From the NCBI GenBank assembly GCA_004431415.1, contig QPMI01000035.1, forward strand, positions 62,001-126,000: a DNA stretch of 64,000 bases. The letters are read 5' to 3'. Positions 24,601 through 35,619 of this stretch are shown here, one piece after another. Positions within the stretch are counted from its first letter, which is position 1; the number at the start of each line of letters is the position of its first letter. The position numbers were made by a program, and so were the translations under genes. This DNA comes from Cyanophora paradoxa CCMP329. Its lineage: Eukaryota > Plantae > Glaucophyta. Below the pieces are notes generated by a model. It was not told the origin of the DNA and did no database searches. It saw nothing but the letters and a program-made list of their open reading frames with translations.

Positions 24601-27600
24601 GAGGTCTAATTAGATAGAGATAGATAGACTCAAAGCCGCACCGTCGACGACGAGGACAAGGGCGGGGCCCCGCGCCGCGTCCCCTCGGCCGGCGCCAGGG
24701 TCCGCGAGCGCGGGCGGGGCCGGGAAGGGCGCCGGGGCCGGGAGCGCAAGCAAGGCCCCCGGCGCCCGCCCCTCGCGATCGCGATCTCGATCTCGGTCCC
24801 GGTCCCCGCCGGCTCCTCCCTGCCCGGCCCCGGCCCCGGCCCCGGCGGCCGAGCCCCAGGCGAGGGAGACTGCGCCCGGGCCCTCCGGGTCCGCTGCGCC
24901 CGCCTCAGCGGCGAAGAGGACGGAGAGAGAAAGAGGGAGGGGGAGGGGGGAAAGAGAGCGGAGAGCGGATAGATGAAAGGAGGCCGAGATAGATTGTTGT
25001 ATTTTAATTATAAGTTGATTGCAAAGATTTCAAAGACTCGCAGGTTGATGATATAATAATCGTGCGCAAAAGCAAATCGAAAGGGCGCACGGAGGGCGAA
25101 GGGCCAGGAGAAGAAGAAGGTGGAGCCGTGCCCGAGGGCGCTCTCGCAGCCGATGCGGCCCCCCGCGCGGCTCACCAGCTCCTTGGAGATCGCGAGGCCG
25201 AGCCCTGGGCATGAGGAGGAGGAGGAGGAGGTGGCCCGGCCGTCAGAAGAAGAAGAGAGTGCAGGGCAAGGCAATTAGTAGTCTCTCGCTAGAGGGCGGG
25301 GCGGGGCGGGGCGGGGCGGGGCGGGCGCGCCGGTGCCGCCGGGGTCGGTGGAGGAGGCCTCGGCGTGGGCGCGGAAGAAGGGCGTAAAGAGCAGCGGCAG
25401 CATCTCGGGGTCGATCCCGGGGCCTGCGGCGATGCGTCGGGGGCGGGGCGGGCTTGGAGAGCGGGGGGAGAAAGCGGGGCGGCTGCAAAAGAGCGGGGCG
25501 GGGCGGGGCGGGGCGGGGGCGGCAAGCCCGCCGAGCCCCTTCAAATCATCATCACGGGGGATCCGATCCGATGCGATCCGGAAGAATGGGGGCGGGAACG
25601 AGCGAGAGCGAGGTCGAGAGGCGGTCGGCGCAACGGAGTCCCGGACGGAGGGAGCCCCGGATCTAGGATGGGGGCGGGAGCGAGCGAGGTCTAGAGGAGG
25701 CCGGCGCATCTAGAGGAGGTCTAGAGGAGGAGGAATTAGGATGCGCACCGGAGTCGCGGATGGAGAAGCGGACGGTCACGATCGAGGCCGGGCGCTCCCG
25801 AGAGGACGGGGACCCGGACCCGGCCCCCGCCCCGGCCCCGGCCCCGGGCCCGGGCCCCTCCACCACCTCCGCCGAGACCGTCACCGTCCCCGCCGCCGTG
25901 TACTGGAGCGGGGGGTCAGGCGAAAGAGCGGGCTGGAATGCCAACGTTGGCTCAGGAGCTAGGGAAGGCAGCGGGGTCCGGCAATATGTAAAGTCTTTCA
26001 TGCACGTAGATAGATATACAGATAGATAGACTTATGGATCAGAACCCTTCGGCACCTTGAGGGCGTTGTTGAGGGTGGATTTAGATAGATAGATAGATAG
26101 ATAGATAGGTGGAAAGAATGTAGAAAGAATATAGGCTTATAGGCAATGATAAAAGCTTATAGATCGAAACCCTCGGGCACCTTGAGGGCGTTGTTGAGGA
26201 GGTTGAGTAGGACCTCTGCGGGGGAGAGGGAGGGGCGTCAGGGGGCGCCCCGGGGGAAACCGCCCTAGATTCTAGTTACAAGATTCTATTTATTAGATTC
26301 TAGTGTTAGATTACACCAGGGAGGGGCGTCAGGGGGCGCGCCGGCCTCGGGAGGGGCAGAGGACTCCCGGGGAGGGGACGGGGGGAGGGGAAGGGGGGGT
26401 ACGCACGGCGGAGGCGGTCGGGGTCGGACTCGAGGACGGGGGGCAGCCGCGGGTCAAGCGCGCTCGAGACCCGGATCCCCTTCATGTCCGCCTGCGCTCC
26501 GCCCGGAGGGACCCGTCAAGCGGCAGGCGGGCAGGCAGCGCGGCGGCGACCTCCCGGGTCCAATAATAGGGCGTCACACTGCAGCAATATCCCACGGCCC
26601 AGGGCCGACGGAGGATAGACACCAGAGCGCCCTCCCCACACCTGCCCTCCCCGCACCCCTCCCCCTTGCCCCTGCCCTCCCCACCCCTCCCCCCTGATAA
26701 TACTCGGAGAGTACTAGACACCAGACGGAGAGCGCGGACGGAGAGCGCTAGACACCAGACCGCTAAGCAATAGAGCGCCTTCCCCTTCCCCCCAAATTAG
26801 AAACCCGAATCGGACCTGGTACTGGATCATGCGGACGGCCCCCGCGACGACCTCCCGCACGTCCAGCGGCGCCTGAGGGGCCTCAGAGGGGAAAGGGGGG
26901 AGGGGGGGGGGGAAGGGGGGGGGGGCGCACGCGGCGGAGGGCGAGGGAGCCGGCCTCATGCGCTGGAGGGGGGGGGGGGGGGGGGGGGAAGAAGTTAGCA
27001 CTCTAGAGGAGAAGTTGGCACTTCAGAAGAAGAAGTTAGCAGTTTGGTCGGGCGGCTAGCTAGCTAGCACTCTAGTCGGGTCGTCGTGCGCTGGCGGAGG
27101 GCGCCCGGGCGAAATTGAAGGCGAGGAGGGCGGCGGGGAAGGAGGGAAGGGGGGAAGGCGCCGGCCGGCCAGCGAGCTGGCTGGCTGGCCGGCCAGTTTT
27201 GGGGGTACGGCACCTGGAAGTCCAGCAGGTCGTTGATGAGCACCAGCAGGTGGTCTGATCGAAGAAGAAGAAGAAGACAAAGAGGGAAAAGGATAATCAT
27301 ATGCAGAGTCTTCTAGAGTCCTATATAAGTACGGACCGCCGCAGCGGAGGGCGCTCTTGAGGAAGGCGGCAGCGTCCTCGGGGAGCGCCGCGCAATCCAG
27401 CGCCAGCTCGCACATCCCCAGCATCCCGTTCAGCGGCTGCCCCGCCCCGCCCCGCGTCAGGGTCAGGGTCAGGCGTTCAGCTAGGGGCGGGGCCAGGGAC
27501 CGCTGCTAGGCTAGGCTGGGCCAGGGACCGGGGTGCGGGCCGGGGCGGCCTCGGGGACCTCTCTCGGGCTCGGGGGCGCGCAGGGCGGGGCCGAGGCCTC

Positions 27601-29464
27601 CTTTCAGGGGCGGGGGCGTGGCGCTCTCATAGGGGCGACGGGCCGGCGTGGCGCACGGTGCGCATCTCGTGGCGTTAGAAACTCAGCTAGGGCTGCTAGG
27701 GACCGCTGCAAGGCTGTAGCTGCTAGGCTGCAGCCGCTAGGGGCGGCGCTCTCGTAGGGGCTGGCCAGGCGCTCGGCTAGGGGCGGGGCCAGGGACCGCT
27801 GCTAGGCTAGGGTGGGCCAGGGACCGGGGTGCGGGCGGGGGGCGGCCTCGGGGACCTCTCTCAGGGGCCCAAGGTCAAGGCCTTCTCTCAGGGCGGGGCG
27901 GGGGCGGGGGCGGCGCTCTCGTAGGGGCGGGGCTCTGTGCGGGCGGGGCGGCGAGGCGCACGGTGCGCATCTCGTGGGACATCGTCGAGAGGAACTTCTT
28001 CGTCGCCACCGCCCGCGCCTTCGTCTCTGCGCGGGGGCGCCGCGGTGTTGGCGAGGCGGGGGCGGGGGCGGGCGAGGCAGGGGCGAGCGAGGGCGGGGGC
28101 GCGTGGGAGGGGCGAGGGCCCGCATGGCGGGGACAGGAGGCGGAGGATAGGTAGATAGATAGAAGCTGGTCCGAGGCGAAGGGTTCGAAGCCGGTCCGGG
28201 GCATCGATATAAGCCGGTCCGGGGAAGACGTGAAGGCGCGGACGGGGCGGAGCGGGGCGGGACGGGCGGGCGGGGCTGGGCGGGGCGGGGCGGGGCGGGG
28301 CGGGGCGGGGCGGGGCGGGGCGGGGCGCGCGTCTAGATACATAGGGGGACGAGGGGGCGCGGCGGTGGGCAGATAGACTAGGTATTGGAAGGCTTAGAAT
28401 TGGAAGGGGCGGGCGTCTAGATACATTGAGGCGGACCGACGCGGATCTCGGTCTTAGAACTAGACGGGGGCGGGGGTGGGGGCCCCTCTTACGCTTTCGA
28501 AAAGCGCCGGTTCTAGGGCCGGGGCGGGGCGGGCGGACCGACGCGGATCTCGGTCTCGCGGGAGAGGAGCCCCGCGAAGGCGGCGAAGCGCGCGTGCACG
28601 TCCAGCAGCAGCGGCTGCGGGAGGAAGGGGGGAAGAGTTAGGAGGGGGGGAGGAGGAGGGCGGCACTGCGACTGCGAAGGGGCGGGCGCTCTAGTCTCCC
28701 AATCTTCTCTTAATGAGGAGGAGGATACGATCTCGATCTTCTTATATTCTTCTTCTTGGAAGAAGGGAGGGGGCGAAAGGGCGCGCCTGGAAGCGGGAGA
28801 GCTCGGCGAGGGCGCTCTGGAGGGGCGCCGCAACCGCCCCGCCCGGGGCCGGCCTGGTACTCCCCGCCGGGCCCGCGCCCCCCGGCGGCGGCGGCCTCGG
28901 AGCGAGCCCTGCAGCGAGCGCGAGGCCCGCCGCCGAGGGGCGCCGCGGCCCGTCGGGACCCGGGCCGGCGCCCGCCCCGCCCGGATCCGTGGCCGGGGCC
29001 GGGGCGAGGGAGAGGGAGAGGGTGGAGGCGGGTCCCTTGGCGGAGGAATCGCCCTCGCGCGTGTGCGAGAGCAGGTCCGACGTCATGCGCGAGAGCGTCT
29101 GCCGCGCAGGTTAGATAGATAGATTTTATTTGTATTTGTTTGAAGGCACTTCTTAGCGCTTCTATTTATTTTATTTGTATTTGTTTGTAGGCGCTTCTAA
29201 GCGATTCTAAGTGGTTCTAAGCGCTTCTTTCTCTCACCTGCTGGACGACGGTGAGGGACGAGTGCAGCTCCTCTAGGGGGCGCGCGATGTACGCCCCCAG
29301 CACCACCGCCGTCCCCTGCGAGTGAAGGCGAGGTTCAGGTGGGGCGGGGCGGGGGCGCCCCCGTCAACTCTTTCGGGCGTTTCTTTTCCAGGGGAGGGGG
29401 GAAGGGCCCCGCGGGGGTCTTTGGCGCCTCTTTGCTTTCGTCATCCGCTGCAGCTGGCGGGGGT

Positions 29465-29495
<31 letters not shown>

Positions 29496-32405
29496 TGGGA
29501 AGTCTAGGGCGGGGTCTATGGGGCCGCAGGGGCTCGATGGGGAGGGTGTCATCCACCGGCAACGGGAGAGAGTTAGATAGAAAGATGAGGAGGCTTCGAT
29601 AGATGAGATGATGCGAGGATATTAGATCTTAGAAGGCTTGGGATCTCTAATGAAGACTCGGACTCGAGAGAGAGATATAAGAGCTAACGGGCGGACGGGG
29701 GGGTACGCACGATGCCGAAGAGGAGCCAGAGGGCGTTGGAGATCGAGATGATGAGCACCGAGCGGTTCAGCTGCCCCGGCGCCCCGCCCGCTCAGAAGGA
29801 GGCCCGCCGAGCCGACCGGCGGGGGCGCCGGCTAGCCGGCCAGCCTGCTAGCCGGCCCGCTAGCGAGCCAGGCGAACGTTCGCAGAGCCGCGCGCGAGCC
29901 GCAGGCTCGCTTATTCGGCGTGCCGGCTACTCGTGCCGGCTAGGCTAGGCTAACCACAGCCTCGCTTATTCGGCGTGCCGGCCAGGCTTCGGCTAGTTCA
30001 TCCCGAAAGGGCGCCCCCCGATCTCAGACGGTCGCGCTCACCTGGGCGAGGACTGTCTCCTCCGGGACGCTGACGAAGACGTTCCAGGAGAGGCCCGGGG
30101 AAGCCACTGGACCTTTTGTGTACAGGTGCTTCCGCCCCTCGGTGACCACTGCGGGATCAATTGTCAGTCCGAGTGGAAATCGAACTCAGCTTGGCTCGAT
30201 TTATGTACCCGTGAAGAACTCGCCCCGGTCAGGAGCCTGTTTTGCCTGCGACTGCGCGGGAAGGGCCGAGCCGTCGGACCAGATCGTATCAGATCAGATC
30301 TGATCTGAGAAGCTCACGTCTTGAAAGATGGCGCGGACGAGGGCCGAGGGGCTGTTCCCCGCCTGCTCGGGCGCACGCGGAGTAAGATGAGGCGACCAAT
30401 ACGTTACCAAGCCGCTTAGTTTGTTGTTAGATTCGTTATTAAGTTAGTCAGGCCGGGCGCACGTAGACGGGCTGTATGCCCTCGTCCATGAGGAGCGCCT
30501 GCGCGTTTGTCAGATCAGATCAGATCAGATCAGACCTCAGATCGGATCGGATCGGATCGGATCGGATCGGATCTGAGCGCGCCTGCTCGTTCGTCGAGAC
30601 GGCGACCATGTGCCCACTGCTCAGATCAGACGGTCAGACATCGGATCGGATCGGATCGGATCACATCTGATCTGAGCGCGCCTGGAGGATGTGACGAAGA
30701 TGAGGGCCGAAGGGCGGGTTCTGGCGATGTACGCGGAGATGGTCCCCACCCCGACAGAAACGACGGATATGCCCAGCTTCCGCTCAGATCAGATGGATCG
30801 GGTCGGATCAGATCGGATTATGGGCAAGCACCATGGGGCCGGGGTCGTCGGAAAGGCCCGAGAGCGGCGCAGGCGCCTCCGAAACGTTGGGTACCCCGGA
30901 GGGGACGCCGAGGACAAGGCTCGAGATGCGCGGCCGCGGGCGGATGCCCGATGCGTACTACTCACGAGTCAGAAGGCGCGGGGGGGGGGAAGAAGGGGAT
31001 ACCTCGAATGCGATGCGGTCCGAGTCGGCCCACGTAGGGGTCTTCAGGGTTACACGGGAGAGGTCTGCGGCCGCGTCGCGCGGGGCAGGGCGGGAAGGCG
31101 GGGATCTAATCTGGAGCGCCCGCACCGTTCCAGGCGGTGAGGGTCGGGCTCGCCAGGACCTTCTCGTACATGCCCGTGAGGGTGCGCGGCGCCGGCTCGC
31201 GGCTCAAGAGCTCGAGGGGCTGCCCCCGGTTTGTGCCCGAGTAGAAGCTCAAGTGAGTCCCATTGGAAAGCTGCGGAGTAGATCCGGGCGGCGTCAGCGC
31301 GGGCGGGCGGGCGTAGACGGGCTGGAGGGCGGCGGGCGGGCGCAGCGCGCGCCATAACGTCAGGGCTGCTGCAGCCCCACAGGCCGCCGCCCCCGCAGTT
31401 CCGCACGGCGACGATCGTGTTGTCCGTGAAGCGGACGGCGGCCGTGATCGCGCCCACCTCGATGTTCGCGCCTGCGGCGCGCGGGCGTCGGATGCAGCGC
31501 CGGCGCGCCCGCGCTGGCGGGCTGGCGGGCGGGCCGGCGAGCGAGCTAGCGCTGCGCCGGCGGGCGGACGGGCGGCGCCGGCGGACTGGCGCGGGAGGGG
31601 CTCACCCACTGTGCCCGTCATGGCTTCCTGAGACCGGCCGCGCAGCGTGAGCCGAGGCGCGAATCCCCCGTAGCGCGAGCGGCGCCCCCAGTGCACGCAC
31701 CAGCGTTTCCCGCCACATCCCTTTCTCGAGCGCCCCCTGCGCGGCCGCCCGCGTCGGCGAGTGGAGGAGGCCGCGCGCAGCGCACCGCGGCCACGCGCGC
31801 GCACCGTCTCGAAGAGAGCCTTCGTCCTGTGGCTAATCCGCTGGGCGCGCTCGAGGTAGCTCCCGAGCAGAGCCGTCGCGCCAGACTTCGCCTCCTCCAA
31901 GAGACCGCCCGTGACCTCGTGCACGTTCCGGAGAGCATAGTGGTACGCTGCGCGATGCGTCAGCTTGGACGGGCCGCACGGCGCACGCGCGCGCGGGCGA
32001 CGCTGACTGAAAGCTGCGGGCGGGAGAGCTAGCTCAGAAGACGAACGAGCGGCATGAAAATGGCTGCTCGCACGCGCACCCCATGAGAATGCAGTCGCGC
32101 CACCGATATAGAGAATCTGCTGAAGCGGTTAGGGCGAGCTCCGAGCGTCCGACGCGGATCCCCCGACGCCAGGCCCGGAACTTTAGCGCTTCCAGGACAC
32201 CTCCCGCCCTCCGACGCACGGAGAGTATCACAATGAGGCGTCTGATCGTCAAGACGGACCGCGACTTCTGGCTCCCGGCCACGGGGGCGGCGAATGACGC
32301 AGTGCTCTGCTTCCTGCTATCATCGCCTCCTCCAGCCCGCGGAGACCGGGACTCCCCGTACACGCCGTCAACTTTGCTGATGGGCGACACCGTCGACCTC
32401 TGCAT
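21624..32405 (-). CDS. Hybrid sensor histidine kinase: TM-extracellular (Cache-like)-TM, HisKA, HATPase, two receiver domains (many exons)
   Basis: H-box [12 protein letters not shown]|[19 protein letters not shown]; N-box [11 protein letters not shown]|YT; G1 IRDSG|PGID; G2 GGT|[11 protein letters not shown]...[11 protein letters not shown]1: LVVD|DDEVNRRI...[10 protein letters not shown]...FLTKP. REC2: VLVVDDVE|MNRRVL...LM|DIAMPVLDG...AGMDD. TM segments near 32100-32250 and 29290-29770. The 3' end is approximate. Confidence 0.9.
30280..30820. repeat. Intronic (ATCGG/ATCAG)n pentanucleotide microsatellite tracts
   Basis: Runs of atcagatcag and atcggatcgg in successive histidine kinase introns. 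Confidence 0.8.
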
Positions 32406-32856
32406 GACTATGGCTGGCCCTGGCCGTGCATAACCTACGCTGGGAGCGTTGCTTCTAGAAGCGCATCCGATGATCAGCGCGCGCGCTGCTGCCGGACCGC
32501 GGCGCTACCAGGTCAGGCAGGTGTGTCGTCGATCCCCACCAGGCTAGGGAACTTGCAGTTGTGCCAGGGTACATGTACAGTCGCTCCGTAAAAAGCGATC
32601 GCGAGCGAGTTTACCAGCTCCGATCCGGCCACACTGCCGCCACAGTACCGGTACCAGGCCAGGCTGGGAAATTAATATTGCAACTCGGCAAACGCCGCTT
32701 ACCTTTTGCTGCCAAATTTGACATTTGGGACCTGCGAACTTCGGAACTACGGCTGGTCTGAGCTTGGAGAAGCAAAACAATGCCACTGGAAACCTTGCCC
32801 AATGGTGTAATTGTCCATTTCATTTGTTAAGGAGTAAAAAAACAAGCGGTTCCAGC

Positions 32857-33371
32857 CAGTGATGTTAACCTTACCAGTAATATTCTGTAATATACATTAT
32901 AATAATGCATTATAATAATATTATTGTAATAGTGCCACTTTCCGGGGTTACAGGTAATATAAGGTGTATTACAGGTTGGAAAGACCCCCTTATTTCACGA
33001 GCAGCAGCGCTCTGCGACGTACCTACACGTTATTCAACAACATACAAGCTATATTTGACAGTTCTGATGACCAGGAAGCTCTTTAACAGCCCCGTTCGAC
33101 CTTGCTTGATGGGGTACCACTGTAGCGTGCCTCAAAAGGACTCTTAAACCTTGTTAGCAATAAGCTTAAAGTCACATCTTGCATCTTTCACGTGATAAGA
33201 GAGTGTTTCGGACAGATTAGCATCAAGAATAAGCAGCGCAGGGGTGCGGGAATGGGGTTTCTATGAGGTATTACAGGTAATATAGTATAATATTAGTAAG
33301 GTTTATTTTTAAAACATTAAACATTATCGGTAATAGTGCATTTTTGGGATTAATTAGTAATAACATCACTG
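32857..33371. mobile_element. Non-autonomous hAT-type DNA transposon (MITE), 515 bp
   Basis: Perfect 11-bp TIRs CAGTGATGTTA (32857) / TAACATCACTG (ends 33371). 8-bp TSD GTTCCAGC at 32849-32856 and 33372-33379. AT-rich interior with subterminal ttacaggt/taatat repeats. Confidence 0.9.
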
Positions 33372-33567
33372 GTTCCAGCCCGCATAGTACTGTGGTTTAA
33401 TTTCGGGTAGCCATGGAACCCTTTCGCTGGCGGAAAACGCCAATCATTTACTACAGCAAGTCGACTCAAAAAGCTTCAGTCTAAAACTTACTCGGGCGAT
33501 TTGGTGATTGGACAATTTAAATCATAAAGGATTCTGATCGGTTTCTGGAGCTACTTGATTATCGCCC

Positions 33568-33750
33568 TGGGAGCGTTGTTGGCTTCTAGAAGCGCATCAG
33601 CGCGCGCGCTGCCGATCGGCCGCGCGCTAGCAGGCCGGTGAGCGCGCTTCGTTAATCGTCCGCCGCCGCCGCGAGTTTGGGGTTGCGAATGCAGCTGCCG
33701 GGGTACAGTCGCTCCGCCTTAACAGAGCGAGTTTACCGGCTCCACGATCG
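33568..33750 (+). repeat. Degenerate direct copy of 32441-32625 (upstream region of the histidine kinase gene)
   Basis: Shared blocks gggagcgttg..gcttctagaagcgcatc..agcgcgcgcgctgc and gtacagtcgctccg..gagcgagtttacc.gctcc. Confidence 0.75.
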
Positions 33751-34178
33751 CGATCATGCAGGGCGCGCGGATAACTTAGTAACGTGGCCGGTCGGCCGGC
33801 GCCGCGCGCGCGCAGGGCCGGCTGCGCATGCGCCGCGCACGCCGGCGATCGATCGAGGCATTAACAGTGCATGTCATTGCATTCGCGCTGATCGCTGATC
33901 GTGCACGCACCGGCTCGCTCCATGATCCACCTTGTACATGCGCATGTGTGTCATTGTGTGACACTGCAGCTGCAGCTGACACGTGCAGCTGACACGTGCT
34001 CGTACGCGTGCTCGAGCTAGCGCTCTCGTTTAATTTCCAAGTTCGCCGTCGCGGCGATCGATATCGATCGCGGCGTCACGGCGTCACCCGCCACCGTGGC
34101 ACGGCCCTCCCCGCCCGGGCCCGCCCCCCGCCGCGCAGTCCCCGGCCCGCTGGCGCTGCTCTTCACGCCCCTCTTCCT

Positions 34179-35170
34179 TCACGCCCTTCTTCCGCACCCG
34201 CACGGAGCCTCGAAGGCCTCCTTCATGCTCATGATCACCTCTGAATCTAGATCTAGATCTAGATCTTGAGCTCTGCTAGCGCTCCGAGCGGCGCAGGGGA
34301 GGCTGGCAAAGACGCATCGATATCTGATCATGAATCCTCTCTCCAGTCTCATGATCAGGGCCTGGCGCAACCCTGCGCGGGCGACGCCGTGAAGGCGCCA
34401 GCGCCTTCGGGGCGGCCCGCAGGGTCGAGGGCGAGGCGGGGCGGAGTGAGATGGCCGGGGTCTCCGCTGCGAAGCCCGCGGCGGAGGAGGAAGGGCGGGC
34501 GGCGACGCCACCACGGGTCGGGAGCTCGAGGCCGGCGAGGGGCGTCCGGCGCCGCGGGGGACGCGCCCGGAGAGCGCAGGCTCGCGCTCTTCTCTAACGA
34601 TTGAAGACAAGTTTGACCAGAGCGTACTCGACGTCCTTGTTGTCGAGTGGCATGACGATGAATGCTCCGCCTGCGGATGCATGCGTCGTGCGCGAGAGGC
34701 ACGCGGCAGCGCGCGCGCTGAGTGGATCCTAGGCGCTGCTGCGCACCGAGATCGTCAGTCTTGGCGTCATGCCGCGTCCACCCGAGTTCGTGGATGTTAA
34801 CGCAGGCGTCAAGAACATTCTGGAGGCTGTTGCCCTGCGGACGCGCGGGGCCGGGAAAATGCGTCGAGACGCGGTTCGCGCGTGGAAGAAATAGCGGGCG
34901 GCGGACTGTGTACAGCCGCTTGCTCGGCCCGGCTGCCAGCTCGGCGGGCGTCAGCCCAGCCGCGGTCACGGCCCGGTCGATCTCAGCAACCTTCGAAACA
35001 CGCAGTAAGCAAGAGTTTTGAGCGTTCGAGCGCTTGCTTTGCCAGGGGGCTCACCGCGTCGTGGACAAGCCGACCGCGCGCGCTAATCGCTGCCTCATCG
35101 AGCTCCAACGCTAGCCCAGGGTCGTCGCGCTCCACCATCATCTTCATGACCATCTCCTTGAACTCCATTT
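34179..35170 (-). CDS. Hypothetical multi-exon protein
   Basis: Exon-like pieces EQMEFKEMVMKMMVERDDPGLALELDEAAI.., VTAAGLTPAELAAGPSKRLYT|GNSLQNVLDACVNIHELGW. No recognised family. Confidence 0.35.
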
Positions 35171-35619
35171 GCTCCAAGTAACGAAGGCCTAGGCGCGGTT
35201 TGCAGCTGCGAACGCAGTCTCTGGGGTACGTGTGCGGTTTAGGCCAGCCTCGCACTGCAGAGCATCGCTTCGAATTCGAATCCCAATTGGTCCTCATACG
35301 ACTCAGATACTAACGCTACATTGCGCATCAACTCCATACCTGCAGGTAGCATCTTTCTCAGCCACGTCAATTCCGCCCCCGCTTGAGCGCGTGCTCCGGG
35401 CCTCGACCGTGACGCACCGAAATCTCCGCAACATCGCCTGGCAAGCCTCGAGGCGATGCGCAGCCTGAGAGCTCTGCTGCTCCTCGCCTTAGCTACGCTT
35501 GGTTACGCGGTCCTGCCGCCGGGGGCAACATCGAACAACGTTAACAGCATTGCGCCTGGGCAGTAGTGCGCAGGACCCGCCTCGCCTCCGCTCCGACGCT
35601 GACAGGCTTGCTTGCTTGT

